Part shown: piece after piece, positions 1 through 10,471 of the stretch
Layout: each line of letters opens with the position of its first letter
Numbering within the stretch: position 1 is the first letter of the stretch
Source: Candidatus Sumerlaeales bacterium
Lineage (GTDB): Bacteria; Sumerlaeota; Sumerlaeia; Sumerlaeales; Sumerlaeaceae
Length of the DNA: 64,000 nt
Assembly: GCA_036675025.1 (NCBI GenBank)
Contig: JAKFFN010000055.1
Span: 10,752 to 74,751 of the forward strand
Reading direction: 5' to 3'
Notes under the pieces: model-generated
Told to the model about the DNA's origin: nothing
Databases searched by the model: none
The model's input: only the letters and a program-made list of their open reading frames with translations
Translations under genes and position numbers: made by a program

Positions 1-1532
1 ACCCCACACCCCGTCTGCCGTTTGTCGACGTAGCCACCGGTTCCCTCGGCCAAGGTCTCGGCGCCGGCGTTGGTCTCGCACTCAACTCCCGCGATCTCGA
101 CAAAACGAACTACCGCACCTATGTACTTCTTGGTGATGGCGAATCTGCCGAAGGCAGCGTATGGGAAGCCGCCCAGATGGCAAGCCACTATAAGCTTAAC
201 AACCTCGTCGCCGTAATCGACGTGAACCGCCTTGGCCAGAGCCAGGCTACAGCCCTCGAGCACCACACAGAGATTTACCGTGCCCGTTTTGAAGCCTTTG
301 GCTGGGACGCCGTAGCCGTTGACGGCCACGATGTATCCGCCCTGCTCGACGCCTTCAGCAAGGCTGGTCAGAGCGACAAGCCTCTGTGCATCGTAGCCTG
401 CACCTATAAGGGCCATGGCGTTTCCTGGCTTAACGACCAGGAAAACTGGCACGGCAAGCCCCTGAAAGCCGAAGATGCAGAAAAGGCCATCAAAGAAATT
501 GAAGCCGCTGGCATCACCAGCGACTACAAACTCGAAATTGAAAAACCAAAAGGTGGCCCCGCACCTAAGGCAGAAACTAAAGCCCCCGAGGCTCCCGGCT
601 ACAAAAAGGGTGACGAAGTTGCCACCCGCGAAGCTTACGGCGAAGCCCTTGCCCGCCTCGGCTCTGCCCGCTCCAACGTCGTCGGTCTCGACGCAGACAC
701 TAAAAACTCCACCTTCGCCGACAAGTTCATGAAAGCCCACCCCGATCGGTTCTTCGAGTGTTTCATCGCCGAACAGAACATGATCAGCGTGGCAGCGGGC
801 TTGTCCGCCGTTAACAAGATTCCATTTGCATCCACCTTTGCCGTCTTCCTCTCCCGCGGATTCGACCAGGTGCGCATGGCCGGTATCAGCCGCTCAAATA
901 TCAAGCTGTGCGGCAGCCACGTAGGTATCTCCATCGGTGAAGACGGTCCGTCCCAGATGGGCCTCGAAGATATTGCTCTCTTCCGCACCATCCCCAACGG
1001 CGTAGTGTTCTATCCCAGCGACGCCGTCTCCGCTGAAGCCGCCGTTCGCCTGGCTGCCGAGTACAAAGGCTTTGCCTATATCCGTACCTCACGGCCGAAA
1101 ACCAAGGTGATCTACGATAGCCCCGACGATTTCGCCATCGGTAAAGCCAAAGTCGTACTCCAAAGCGACAACGACGTCGTAACTATTGTCACCGGCGGTG
1201 TTACCCTGTTTGAATCCTTGAAAGCCGCCGAGGAACTTAAGGCTGAAGGAATCAGCGTTCGCATTATCGACCTGTTCACTGTAAAGCCCATCGATAAAGA
1301 GGCGCTTCTCAAGAACGCCAAAGAAACCGGCGGTAAAATCCTCACCGTAGAAGACCATTATCTCGAAGGCGGTATTGGCGAAGCCGTAGCCTCAGCTGTT
1401 TGTGAAGACGACGTCCGCGTGTACCGCATAGGCGTAGTCGGTGTACCTCATTCCGGCCCGCCCAACGCACTTCTCGAGAAGTTCGGCATTGATGCAAAAG
1501 CCATCGCCGCCAAGGTAAAAGAAGTAAAGTAA
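1..1532 (+). CDS. tkt: transketolase, 5'-truncated at window edge (frame enters at nt 3)
   Basis: The frame is open from nt 3 and translates 'VATGSLGQGLGAGVG...YVLLGDGESAEGSVWEAAQ', the ThDP-binding region. The pyrimidine-binding ('FIAEQNM') and C-terminal domains follow in the 451-aa ORF. Confidence 0.9.
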   Translation, partial: PTPRLPFVDVATGSLGQGLGAGVGLALNSRDLDKTNYRTYVLLGDGESAEGSVWEAAQMASHYKLNNLVAVIDVNRLGQSQATALEHHTEIYRARFEAFGWDAVAVDGHDVSALLDAFSKAGQSDKPLCIVACTYKGHGVSWLNDQENWHGKPLKAEDAEKAIKEIEAAGITSDYKLEIEKPKGGPAPKAETKAPEAPGYKKGDEVATREAYGEALARLGSARSNVVGLDADTKNSTFADKFMKAHPDRFFECFIAEQNMISVAAGLSAVNKIPFASTFAVFLSRGFDQVRMAGISRSNIKLCGSHVGISIGEDGPSQMGLEDIALFRTIPNGVVFYPSDAVSAEAAVRLAAEYKGFAYIRTSRPKTKVIYDSPDDFAIGKAKVVLQSDNDVVTIVTGGVTLFESLKAAEELKAEGISVRIIDLFTVKPIDKEALLKNAKETGGKILTVEDHYLEGGIGEAVASAVCEDDVRVYRIGVVGVPHSGPPNALLEKFGIDAKAIAAKVKEVK

Positions 1533-1548
1533 CTCGTTAAATTGTTAA

Positions 1549-1574
1549 GCCGCGGGCCCTGCCGGGTCCGCGGC
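1549..1574 (+). terminator. GC-rich hairpin downstream of tkt (weak T-tract)
   Basis: GCCGCGG...CCGCGGC inverted repeat 17 nt after the tkt stop. The downstream U-run is poor. Confidence 0.35.
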
Positions 1575-1653
1575 GGCTTGGCTCTCGTCTGTATTTGGTT
1601 GTGGTACAACACATGCTGTTAACTTAACCATAGAACTTACGGAGCCGACATTT

Positions 1654-1956
1654 TTGGAACTTTGGGGTTATACCGTCACTTCGGCCGTGCAATGGCTGAT
1701 CTTTGCCGTACTCCTGGTACTGGCACTGGTCATCTACTTCGCCTTTGTTGTCTTTGTCAGGAGATATACTACCGGGATAATGGGTGGCTTTATACTCGCT
1801 CTGCTGGGGCTGGCACTGATGATCTGGCCGGCGTACCACCTGATATTTTACGAATCGAATTTTGCCCAGATGATTTTAAGCGGCCTGGCTATCGCAGTGG
1901 GTTTTATAACCATGGCAGTCGCCGCCTATAAACTAACCAACTTCTGGGACTTCTAA
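1654..1956 (+). CDS. small hydrophobic membrane protein (hypothetical)
   Basis: 100-aa ORF with a TTG start and GGAG about 10 nt upstream. It has 3-4 hydrophobic helices and no recognisable family. Confidence 0.45.
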   Translation: MELWGYTVTSAVQWLIFAVLLVLALVIYFAFVVFVRRYTTGIMGGFILALLGLALMIWPAYHLIFYESNFAQMILSGLAIAVGFITMAVAAYKLTNFWDF

Positions 1957-1960
1957 CTCC

Positions 1961-3088
1961 TCAGGCGTGCCACTGGTAACTGCGCCGCATCATGTAGAAA
2001 GCCACCAGCGCAAAGATGACCGAGGGAACTATTGTAGCAGCCACCGGCGGAATAGACCCGGCCCGTCCCAGCGCCTGTAGAATAGCATTCACCAGGTAAT
2101 AAGCCACAGCCCAGCTGATACCATAGCCAATGATCTGCATCGCAGTACCAGCCCGGCTCTTAACGGCGAATGAAAAGCCAATCATCATGATGATCAGGAT
2201 ACCCAATGGATAGGTAAGCTTTCGGAGCAGGTCAGTCCGAAGATCCACCGTCGGTTGATCCCGGGCATCCAGGATGCGGATGCGCTCCTTCAGCTGGTGG
2301 TAATTCATTTCTTCCGGCTTCCGCTGTTGTGCCAGGATCGTCGGAAGATCTTCTTCCAAGGCAATGACTTTGCTACCCGCTTCAGCAGTGTAGGACGTCA
2401 GCTTTCCGTCAGCATCAAACTCCCAGATCCTGGGATTCTCAAAAAGCCAAAGACTCGATTTCTGATCCCGATTATTCTCCTGGAACTGGGCCGAATCAGC
2501 TTCAATCCGCATTCTGACGGCAGAATGATCCGCACTAAGGTTGACGATGCTCGGCCGCATCATCTCCTTTTCCTGGTTGGAGTAAACCCGCGCCATGTAG
2601 AACCACTCGTTCCGCCCACGGGCAAACACGTTAGCGTTCATGGTGATTTCGCGGATGTCTTCGCCTTCCAGTTTCAGCTCGTAAATCTTGTTAGCGCGCT
2701 CCAGCGGCGGTACCACATATTCCGTCATAATAAAGGTCGCTATCACGATAATGATGCCGCCGAAAACGATAGGAATACTAAGCCGCAGGCCGTGCACCCC
2801 ACTCGTCAACATGGCAAGCACCTCGTTGTTACGGGCAAGCGCCCCTACCGAAAAAAGCACCGCCAGCATGGATGCTATCGGAATAACGTGCATTAACTGT
2901 CCCGGCAGCGATGAAAGAAAGTAATAAGCTATTGTGGAAATTGGCGCGCCGGAATCAAGGATCTCGCCGAACTTGTCGAAGATTGAACCCACCAGCAAAA
3001 GCAGGGCACAGAAGGAAATAACAGCCACAAACGCAAGAACGAACTCGCGAAACAGGTAGCGATCCAGAATGATGGGGCGGAGGTTCAT
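1961..3088 (-). CDS. LptF/LptG (YjgP/YjgQ) family LPS export permease
   Basis: N-terminal 'ILDRYLFREF' signature. Three TM segments, a large periplasmic loop, then three more TM segments. 375 aa. Confidence 0.8.
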   Translation of the reverse strand: MNLRPIILDRYLFREFVLAFVAVISFCALLLLVGSIFDKFGEILDSGAPISTIAYYFLSSLPGQLMHVIPIASMLAVLFSVGALARNNEVLAMLTSGVHGLRLSIPIVFGGIIIVIATFIMTEYVVPPLERANKIYELKLEGEDIREITMNANVFARGRNEWFYMARVYSNQEKEMMRPSIVNLSADHSAVRMRIEADSAQFQENNRDQKSSLWLFENPRIWEFDADGKLTSYTAEAGSKVIALEEDLPTILAQQRKPEEMNYHQLKERIRILDARDQPTVDLRTDLLRKLTYPLGILIIMMIGFSFAVKSRAGTAMQIIGYGISWAVAYYLVNAILQALGRAGSIPPVAATIVPSVIFALVAFYMMRRSYQWHA

Positions 3089-3192
3089 GACCGCAAGATA
3101 CAGTTAGCGGACAGATAATTTTGACGGAATTGCACACAAATAAAGACCGCCCGGGAACCATCTCGCACCCGGCTCTGCTGTGCGATGGATAG

Positions 3193-4317
3193 CTAAAAGA
3201 ACTTCTCAATAGGCGTAAAGTATTTCATTTCGAAAGCAGCCGCCACAGGTTTGCAGGTCACCTGACCATCAGCAATGTTCACTCCCGCCGCCAGCGCAGT
3301 GTCTTCCCGGGCAAATTCCGGGAATCCCTGCCGCGCGATTTTCTGGGCGTACGGCAGAGTAACGTTGGTAAGCGCATACGTGCTGGTTCTGCCAACAGCA
3401 CCGGGCATATTCGTAACACAATAATGCACGATTCCGTCGACTACAAATATTGGCTCGGCGTGCGTTGTCGGTCTGGAAGTCTCTACACATCCGCCCTGGT
3501 CAATTGCCACATCCACTATGACCGCTCCCGGCTTCATTATGCTCAGCATGTCGCGCGTCACCAGGCGCGGAGCACGCGCTCCTACCACAAGCACTGCCCC
3601 GATCACCAGGTCCGCTTCACGGATGTGGTGACGGATGTTGTACTCGTTGCTCATGACCGTCACCACGTTAGGCGGCATAATTTCACTAAGGTACCGCATT
3701 CGATCCAGGTTGATGTCCAGTAGAATCACCCGCGCGCCCAGACCCGCAGCCATTCGGGCAGCATTCGTACCTACCACGCCGCCACCAAGTACTACTACAT
3801 CGGCAGGCTCTACGCCCGGCACCCCTGCCAGCAATATCCCGCGCCCTTTCTGAGGCTTTTCCAGGTACTTCGCCCCCTCCTGTATGCTCATGCGTCCGGC
3901 TACCTCGCTCATCGGCGTCAGCAGGGGCAACTTCCCATCAGGCGTGGATATGGTTTCATAGGCGACACAGATCGCCTTGCTCGCCATCATCGCATCCGTC
4001 AGTTCGCGAGAACTGGCAAAGTGAAAATACGTGAAAACGATCTGCCCCTCCCGGATCATGCCGTATTCTGAATGCAAAGGTTCTTTTACCTTCATGATCA
4101 TGTCAGCGCGCCCAAAGATCTCCGCAGGGGAGTGGACAATTTCCGCACCGGCTTCCACAAACTCTGCGTTGAGGATTCCACTGCCTTCTCCGGCATTGTT
4201 TTCCACCATTACTGTGTGGCCGTCCAGCACCAGTTGCCGCACCCCCGCCGGCACCATCGCAACTCGAAACTCGTTGTCTTTAACCTCGCGCGGAACTCCG
4301 ATAATCATAACTCGCAT
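3193..4317 (-). CDS. ald: alanine dehydrogenase
   Basis: 'MIIGVPREVKDNEFRVAMVPAGV', a Rossmann 'VVVLGGGVVGTNAA' motif and a typical ~374-aa length. Start chosen at MRVMIIG, which has GGGAG just upstream; the longer ORF-track start is unlikely. Confidence 0.9.
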   Translation of the reverse strand: MRVMIIGVPREVKDNEFRVAMVPAGVRQLVLDGHTVMVENNAGEGSGILNAEFVEAGAEIVHSPAEIFGRADMIMKVKEPLHSEYGMIREGQIVFTYFHFASSRELTDAMMASKAICVAYETISTPDGKLPLLTPMSEVAGRMSIQEGAKYLEKPQKGRGILLAGVPGVEPADVVVLGGGVVGTNAARMAAGLGARVILLDINLDRMRYLSEIMPPNVVTVMSNEYNIRHHIREADLVIGAVLVVGARAPRLVTRDMLSIMKPGAVIVDVAIDQGGCVETSRPTTHAEPIFVVDGIVHYCVTNMPGAVGRTSTYALTNVTLPYAQKIARQGFPEFAREDTALAAGVNIADGQVTCKPVAAAFEMKYFTPIEKFF

Positions 4318-4510
4318 TTGCTCCCGATTTTGGCGACTGCTACAGTACGTAAAGACAACCAAAACAAGCCGCGTTCCAAGTTGCAAGTGTAGTGGTAATC
4401 CATGTTATCAGCTATTCAAAGACCCGTGACGCGCATCGGCCGCTTAAAAATAGCTGAATTTACCTTTCTGCACTTGATGAGAGAGGGCGTGACGATAGTA
4501 ATACACTTTA

Positions 4511-7500
4511 ATGTCTGCCACCGTAAATCCCACATCTTCTGCCAGAATCGCTGGCAAAGATCTTTCCAATGAAGAAATCGCGCGAGAACTTGGTGCCCGA
4601 ATAGGCCCGGCAAAGGTTCTCACCCGACTTATCGAGAGAACTGCAAAGGCCGGCGATGCGAGTATATACCGCCTTGTGCCGCGGATGGTGGTTCAGCCTG
4701 AGACGGATGAACAGGTGCGGCAGGTGCTGCAGTATTGCGGCGCAAACGGCTTATATGTGACATTCAGGGCCGCAGGAACATCATTATCAGGCCAGGCGGT
4801 CACTGATGGAATCCTGGTGGATCTCGCTTCGCACTGGAAGCGCATGCGAGTTTTAAACGAGGCACGCCAGGTAGCTGTGGAGCCGGGTGTCATCGCGGCG
4901 CACGTAAATGCGTTTCTGGCGCCATACCGGGTAAAGATTGGTCCCGACCCTGCATCAATTGGCGCCTGCATGATGGGCGGCGTAGTAGCCAATAACGCCA
5001 GTGGCATGTGCTGCGGCGTGCAGTTTAACAGCTACAATACTCTGCACAGCCTGCGCCTGATGCTTGCTGACGGTTATACGCTTGATACCGCTGAACCCAA
5101 CGCCGATGAGCAACTGAAGCAGGATCGCCCCGCCATCTACAAAGGACTGCTGCAAATCAGGGATTTGATCCGCGGCGACAAAGAACTGGCAGATCGAGTT
5201 AAACGTAAGTTTGCCATCAAGAATACCACTGGCTACTCCATGAACGCGTTTGTGGACTATGAGCGGCCCGTGGATATCCTGGCACACCTGCTTATCGGCA
5301 GCGAAGGTACTTTAGGTTTCATCTCCGAGGCTACGCTGGACACACTTCCAGACAAACCGGTGAAAGCTACCGCCTTGGTTTACTTCCAGGAATTGGTGGA
5401 TGCCGGTCGCGCCGTTGCGCCGCTGGAGCGGGCGGGCGCAGCCGTGCTCGAGATCATGGACCGGGCAAGTATGCTTGCTGTTGTTGATGATATGCAGTAC
5501 CCGTTCACCATTGGTGCATACGATCCGAATTTTCCAGGCATTGTTAAGTCTGAAGGGCTGCCTGATTCAGTTCACAGTAACTGCGCAGCTTTGCTTATTG
5601 AGTTCCAGGAGGAGACAGAGGGGGCACTGGCGTCAAAACTTGATATGGCCCAGTCAATACTCGACCGTTTCCCGCTGCTGACCCCCGTATCCTTCACCCG
5701 AGATGCCAGGCTGCAGGCTGAGTACTGGCACATGCGCAAGGGATTATTCCCCAGCGTGGGTGGAATGCGCGAGATTGGCACCGCAGTAATCATCGAGGAT
5801 GTATGTGTTGAGCCGCATTACCTCGCTGATGCCATTCAGGACCTGCAGCAGATGTTTATACGGCACTCCTTTGGAGATGCCATAATCTTTGGACACGCAC
5901 GCAATGGCAACATCCACTTCGTTATCTGTACCGACTTTGCCGATCCTAAACAGGTGAACCGGTACGCGGCTCTCATGGATGAAATGACCTTGGTCATCGT
6001 GCAAAAGTATGACGGCAGCCTGAAAGCGGAACATGGTACAGGGCGTAATATAGCGCCCTTTGTGCAGCGAGAATGGGGCGAAACAATGACCGCGCTCATG
6101 TGGGACGTAAAGCATCTACTTGACCCGGCCAATGTGTTAAACCCGGGCGTGGTGCTTACCCATGATCCGCAGGCACACTTGAAAAACCTGAAGGTAATGC
6201 CAGCGTTTTCGCCAATTATCGACAAGTGCATCGAATGTGGTTTTTGCGAACCACGCTGCCCCAGCCGCGATCTGACCACCACGCCCAGACAGCGTATTGC
6301 GCTATTGCGGGAAATTGAACGACTGGATAGACTTGGCGACGCGTCAAGCCGTGCTACAGCGGATGAGCTGCTTGCAGAATACGAATATCACGGCAAAGAA
6401 ACCTGTGCAGCCGATGGCATGTGTGCAACGTCCTGCCCGGTGAAAATTAATACTGGCGAAATGATAAAGGTGCTGCGCGCCGCAGAACATAAGCCATGGT
6501 CTGCAAAGATGGCCAGGCTGGTTGCTAAGAATTTTCGACTCGCCGCCAGTGGCGCACGAGCCGGCCTTGCCGTTGTCCATTACGGCGGTGCACCTGCAAT
6601 GGCAGTCGGCCGCGTTGTCATGGGGGTCGCAAACAAACTGAGCGGCGGAAAAATACCGCACCTGCCCGAACAGGTCCCCATTCCTGCGCCAGCGCATAAG
6701 CTGCCACGCCTTGCGAAGCGTACTTCAGACGAGCAGCCAAAAGTTGTCTACTTTGCCACCTGCCTGACACGCTCCATGGGCGAAATTCCCAATGAACCCT
6801 CACAAGTATCAGTGCCTGAAGCCATAGTGAGAATAGCCGAAGCTTGCGGCAGGGAAGTGGTCTGGCCTGAAAAACTGGGGGGCCTGTGCTGCGGCCAGCC
6901 CTTTTTCAGCAAAGGTTTTGCTGATGCCGGACGAATCGCTGCGGAAAGAACAGTTGAGGCTTTATGGAAGGCCAGCGACAAAGGTCAGTGGCCGGTCATC
7001 AGCGACACTTCGCCTTGCACCGGTCAACTTCTTCACTGCGATGCTTACCTCACGGGTGACGCGCTAACGAAATGGAAGAAACTACGTTTTTTGGACGTCG
7101 CTTCATGGCTGGCACGCGAGGTAATTCCTGAGCGCACTGACTGGCCCAAGCTTAATAGGCGTGTGGTGCTTCACCCTACCTGTACAGTTATGAAACAGGG
7201 GTGGACGCCAGACTTGAAGAAAGTCGCCGAAACTTTCGCTGCTGAAGTGGAACTGCCAATTCTGGCAGAGTGTTGCGGATTCGCCGGCGACCGCGGTCTA
7301 CTGTTCCCGGAATTGACCATCAGTGCCACAACCCCCGAAGCCAGCGAGGTTCGCAGAAAATCCGGACTTGAGAAATTGGAAGCTGGAGACCCCTGCGCTT
7401 ATGACTTGAAACATGGTCCGTGCAGCGAAAACAGTTCTGGCTGCGAGACTCGGTACTACTCAAGCTGCCGTACCTGTGAAATGGGCATGGCGGCAACCAC

Positions 7501-7594
7501 TGGGGAGGCCTATGCAAGCATTGTGCAGTTAGTATACGATGCTTTGCTAGCCCCTACTGGCCAAACGGTATCAGGTAAGACTACACAGCTATAG
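4511..7594 (+). CDS. fused FAD-linked oxidase / 4Fe-4S / CCG-domain dehydrogenase (YdiJ-like D-2-hydroxyacid dehydrogenase)
   Basis: 1027 aa. It has an N-terminal FAD-binding PCMH domain, a 'CIECGFCEPRCP' ferredoxin cluster motif and C-terminal Cys-rich 'CCG' repeats ('LCCGQPF', 'ECCGFAG'). Confidence 0.8.
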   Translation: MSATVNPTSSARIAGKDLSNEEIARELGARIGPAKVLTRLIERTAKAGDASIYRLVPRMVVQPETDEQVRQVLQYCGANGLYVTFRAAGTSLSGQAVTDGILVDLASHWKRMRVLNEARQVAVEPGVIAAHVNAFLAPYRVKIGPDPASIGACMMGGVVANNASGMCCGVQFNSYNTLHSLRLMLADGYTLDTAEPNADEQLKQDRPAIYKGLLQIRDLIRGDKELADRVKRKFAIKNTTGYSMNAFVDYERPVDILAHLLIGSEGTLGFISEATLDTLPDKPVKATALVYFQELVDAGRAVAPLERAGAAVLEIMDRASMLAVVDDMQYPFTIGAYDPNFPGIVKSEGLPDSVHSNCAALLIEFQEETEGALASKLDMAQSILDRFPLLTPVSFTRDARLQAEYWHMRKGLFPSVGGMREIGTAVIIEDVCVEPHYLADAIQDLQQMFIRHSFGDAIIFGHARNGNIHFVICTDFADPKQVNRYAALMDEMTLVIVQKYDGSLKAEHGTGRNIAPFVQREWGETMTALMWDVKHLLDPANVLNPGVVLTHDPQAHLKNLKVMPAFSPIIDKCIECGFCEPRCPSRDLTTTPRQRIALLREIERLDRLGDASSRATADELLAEYEYHGKETCAADGMCATSCPVKINTGEMIKVLRAAEHKPWSAKMARLVAKNFRLAASGARAGLAVVHYGGAPAMAVGRVVMGVANKLSGGKIPHLPEQVPIPAPAHKLPRLAKRTSDEQPKVVYFATCLTRSMGEIPNEPSQVSVPEAIVRIAEACGREVVWPEKLGGLCCGQPFFSKGFADAGRIAAERTVEALWKASDKGQWPVISDTSPCTGQLLHCDAYLTGDALTKWKKLRFLDVASWLAREVIPERTDWPKLNRRVVLHPTCTVMKQGWTPDLKKVAETFAAEVELPILAECCGFAGDRGLLFPELTISATTPEASEVRRKSGLEKLEAGDPCAYDLKHGPCSENSSGCETRYYSSCRTCEMGMAATTGEAYASIVQLVYDALLAPTGQTVSGKTTQL

Positions 7595-7619
7595 CGACAA
7601 CATACTGCGAAAACAGCTC

Positions 7620-9026
7620 TTACTCGTAAAGATCCCAGCGTTGGGCTGCGGTAATATCTTCGAATGGTGGATATTCTGTTATATGAACGTTGATTAGCGC
7701 TCGCCACTCATCGGTCTCTAATGTATACCGGCCTGGGGTGACCACGCTTACAACTTGGGTGATGTCATCCATTTCTTCGTACACTTCCCCTGGTTCCTCA
7801 TCAATACCGTAGATAAGGTCGCCATCTACTTCTTCAACATTGGACTCAAGGCGCAGTTCAGTCTCATTCGGTTGCACTAGATCGTCAAACCACTTCAGGT
7901 TTACGGTAACAGAAGTATCCTGCTCCATTTCGACATAGGGAATACTGGCGTCATCCGCACGCACCTGGTGAATTGGATTTGTAATATTGTAAAGCACTTG
8001 TGCCTGCGGCGAGAAAACACGAACGCCAAACACGTACTCTCCATTGCCACCACTGCCATCACCATCAAACTCTTCTCGGGCTCTTACCTCTTCCAGGATT
8101 ATCGTTACGCGCTTGCGACCAAATATCTGAGCACCAATTCCGGCTCTCAGCCCCTCATAATCTTTAGTGCTCTCATGATTCGTGTGCATGGTGCTTAATG
8201 TAGGTTCCAGCCCAAGATAGAGACACTGCGGAGGCAGGTTCTCAAATTGCGAATCTTCTATTAACTGGACCCCATCATTGGCTTTTTCGCTCAAAAGGGT
8301 TATGAAATGCTCGTTAAAGTCATCGTCGCTGGCCAGCCATATATGGACCGGAAACTGTCCTAAGAAAGGAGAAGAACTGGTTTTTCTCGGGTCGTTAATA
8401 TGGTTTCTTACCCACTCATACTCCATATGCTCCACGTCAATGCTTGGAGCATCGTAGAAGTCATCGTAGAATTCTTCAAAGATGTCGCCACCATTGGTGG
8501 CTCCATGGTTTCCAGCAATTAAACCTTCAATAACAATCCAGCGTGCTATCTTGCCGCTGCTTGCCAACCCCTCAAGATCTTTTTCAATCATGTAACGGCT
8601 GATTAATCCGCCAAAGCTGATAGCATAGATATTGGCCTGTTCAGCACCACTACGTTGCACAACATGCTCTATGTACTTGGCCATTATCAACGCATAACGT
8701 GGAACACCATTTCCAGCAGCATCGACTTCAGTAATATCCTGTGCAGTGTAGTATGGCGGATGCTGATCGCCGTAATAAGTAGAGTATGCGATCTGATTTG
8801 GCGCTGTTGGAGCAATGTCGCCTGTGGGCAACCCTAGGGTATTAGCTAACTGCGTAACATATCCCTTGCTAAGGTCAGCACCAAACATGCCGTTTGTTCG
8901 GGCGCCGCTTGGATCAAATCCATGAACCACCACTGTGGCTACCTTATCGGGAGGAAAAGTCGCGGCTGTTGCCAGGGATCCCGCCGCGTTGACGATCAGC
9001 AAAGCTGCTATTACAAAGCGCGTCAT
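7620..9026 (-). CDS. secreted alpha/beta-hydrolase (lipase/esterase-like) with C-terminal beta-rich domain
   Basis: Signal peptide 'MTRFVIAALLIVNAAGSLATA', then 'VVVHGFD' and an AxSxG-type nucleophile elbow 'YAISFGG'. 468 aa. Confidence 0.55.
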   Translation of the reverse strand: MTRFVIAALLIVNAAGSLATAATFPPDKVATVVVHGFDPSGARTNGMFGADLSKGYVTQLANTLGLPTGDIAPTAPNQIAYSTYYGDQHPPYYTAQDITEVDAAGNGVPRYALIMAKYIEHVVQRSGAEQANIYAISFGGLISRYMIEKDLEGLASSGKIARWIVIEGLIAGNHGATNGGDIFEEFYDDFYDAPSIDVEHMEYEWVRNHINDPRKTSSSPFLGQFPVHIWLASDDDFNEHFITLLSEKANDGVQLIEDSQFENLPPQCLYLGLEPTLSTMHTNHESTKDYEGLRAGIGAQIFGRKRVTIILEEVRAREEFDGDGSGGNGEYVFGVRVFSPQAQVLYNITNPIHQVRADDASIPYVEMEQDTSVTVNLKWFDDLVQPNETELRLESNVEEVDGDLIYGIDEEPGEVYEEMDDITQVVSVVTPGRYTLETDEWRALINVHITEYPPFEDITAAQRWDLYE

Positions 9027-9370
9027 TAGTAGAGACCTCTAAAAGAAAAAAACCATTGCGCCAACATGTAAATTCTACTGAACTTGCAACAAACTACTGA
9101 CAAAAGTTGATCAGTACTTAACCATTGCTTAAAGGATAATCAGATAAGGAAAGGCGAAACTCTAGTTCACCGTTTAAGTCTATTAAGTACAGCACGTTGC
9201 CTTAGTATTATTAGGCTAAGTTGCTATAAAGCAATCGCGTTATAGATTAGACTTGATAACCATAGTTAGAAAGTTTTTTCTGCGCTTTCTCAAATCTCTG
9301 GCCGATTTTGCAGAAAAGTCCTATTGGAAAACTTAGCACTTGCGCTGAGAGAAATCGCGCACAAAAAAAA

Positions 9371-9446
<76 letters not shown>

Positions 9447-9582
9447 GCACCTGATCTCTTTCAAGATCGTTTGCCTATTACAGGGCGAGCCTGAAGGCAT
9501 TCTGTAAAAGCGAAATTTTCGATAAACTGGCTAACCTGAACGGTCGTCTGATCTATTCTACGGCGACTTTACTGACTCTGGC

Positions 9583-9628
9583 AAATAAAGGTCGCCGGAC
9601 GCGCCAACTTTGGGCTGCCTCCGGCGAC
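9583..9628 (-). terminator. hairpin terminator after thioredoxin-fold gene
   Basis: GTCGCCGGA...TCCGGCGAC 9-bp stem followed on the minus strand by CTTTATTT. Confidence 0.5.
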
Positions 9629-9667
9629 GATCAGACCTGCCAGGCAAATCGGGTGTATGGTAGCAGA

Positions 9668-10186
9668 TTAGTTCATGCTTTCCAGACTGCGACCCACCTG
9701 GCTAATTGTTCCGGGATCCATCACGCCAGTGTACTGGTACACCGGTGAACTGTAGTTGCCCGGAGCGAAGATTACTGTGGTTGGTGTTCCTGCCGAAGCA
9801 AAGCGCGCAGTCAGGTTGGGGTTGTAAGCTGATTCTACGCGCACCTTAATCGCCCCTCGAAGGGCACGGCGGCTTGAGTTGCTGGCGAGATTGCTTTCCA
9901 TCTCAGCACAGGCCGGACAACCGTTTTTGGCAATTAAAAGAAAAATCGGCTTACCTGAGCGCTCTGACTGTCTTACTGCGGATTCAAAACTGGAACCCCA
10001 CGATCCTGCAACGGAACCGTGAGCGGTGCTGAGCCCAAGTGCCATCAGTGTAAACATCAGCAACATCACAGATGTGACCATTATCCGCTTAATAGTTACC
10101 ACCTGTTCAAACACAATCCCGTCATGGGCCACCGCGTGAGCTTGCGGCTCGTAAGGGATGGCTTTCATTCTCATTGTCGTATTCAT
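9668..10186 (-). CDS. secreted thioredoxin-fold protein (CxxC)
   Basis: 'KNGCPACAEM' CxxC motif in a thioredoxin-like context. A hydrophobic signal or anchor 'MVTSVMLLMFTLMALGLSTAHG' is present. The true start may be internal to the ORF. Confidence 0.65.
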   Translation of the reverse strand: MNTTMRMKAIPYEPQAHAVAHDGIVFEQVVTIKRIMVTSVMLLMFTLMALGLSTAHGSVAGSWGSSFESAVRQSERSGKPIFLLIAKNGCPACAEMESNLASNSSRRALRGAIKVRVESAYNPNLTARFASAGTPTTVIFAPGNYSSPVYQYTGVMDPGTISQVGRSLESMN

Positions 10187-10300
10187 TTCTCTTGTAGTCC
10201 TCTTTAGGGTGAAATCAAAAACTCATCTGATTCTATAATCAAATGGCGTGCCAAAGGGTCTGTCTCTAACGGGGGGAAGATAGGCAGACCTGTATGTCTG

Positions 10301-10335
10301 AACAACGAAAGCCGGCACACCTTAGTGCGCCGGCT
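10301..10335 (-). terminator. hairpin terminator after Gfo/Idh/MocA gene
   Basis: On the minus strand, an AGCCGGCGCAC/GTGTGCCGGCT stem is followed by TTCGTTGTT. Confidence 0.5.
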
Positions 10336-10471
10336 GCAAATCGCTAGGTTCACAAACGGATGTAGGAACAGGCTGTGAGTGCTAATAGAACCTGCTTCAC
10401 TGAAGCCTGTGAGTCTGGAGGATCTGGTCTAGAGAGATTTTCCGCCCAGTCTGTATGGGAAGTTTACACGC

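Noticed and set aside
4408-4457. 9-bp inverted repeat TCAGCTATT-N32-AATAGCTGA between the divergent ald and YdiJ-like genes
   Set aside because: It is real in the sequence, but it is a single long-loop inverted repeat in an AT-rich promoter spacer. It may be an operator, though nothing further supports that, so it is noted only.
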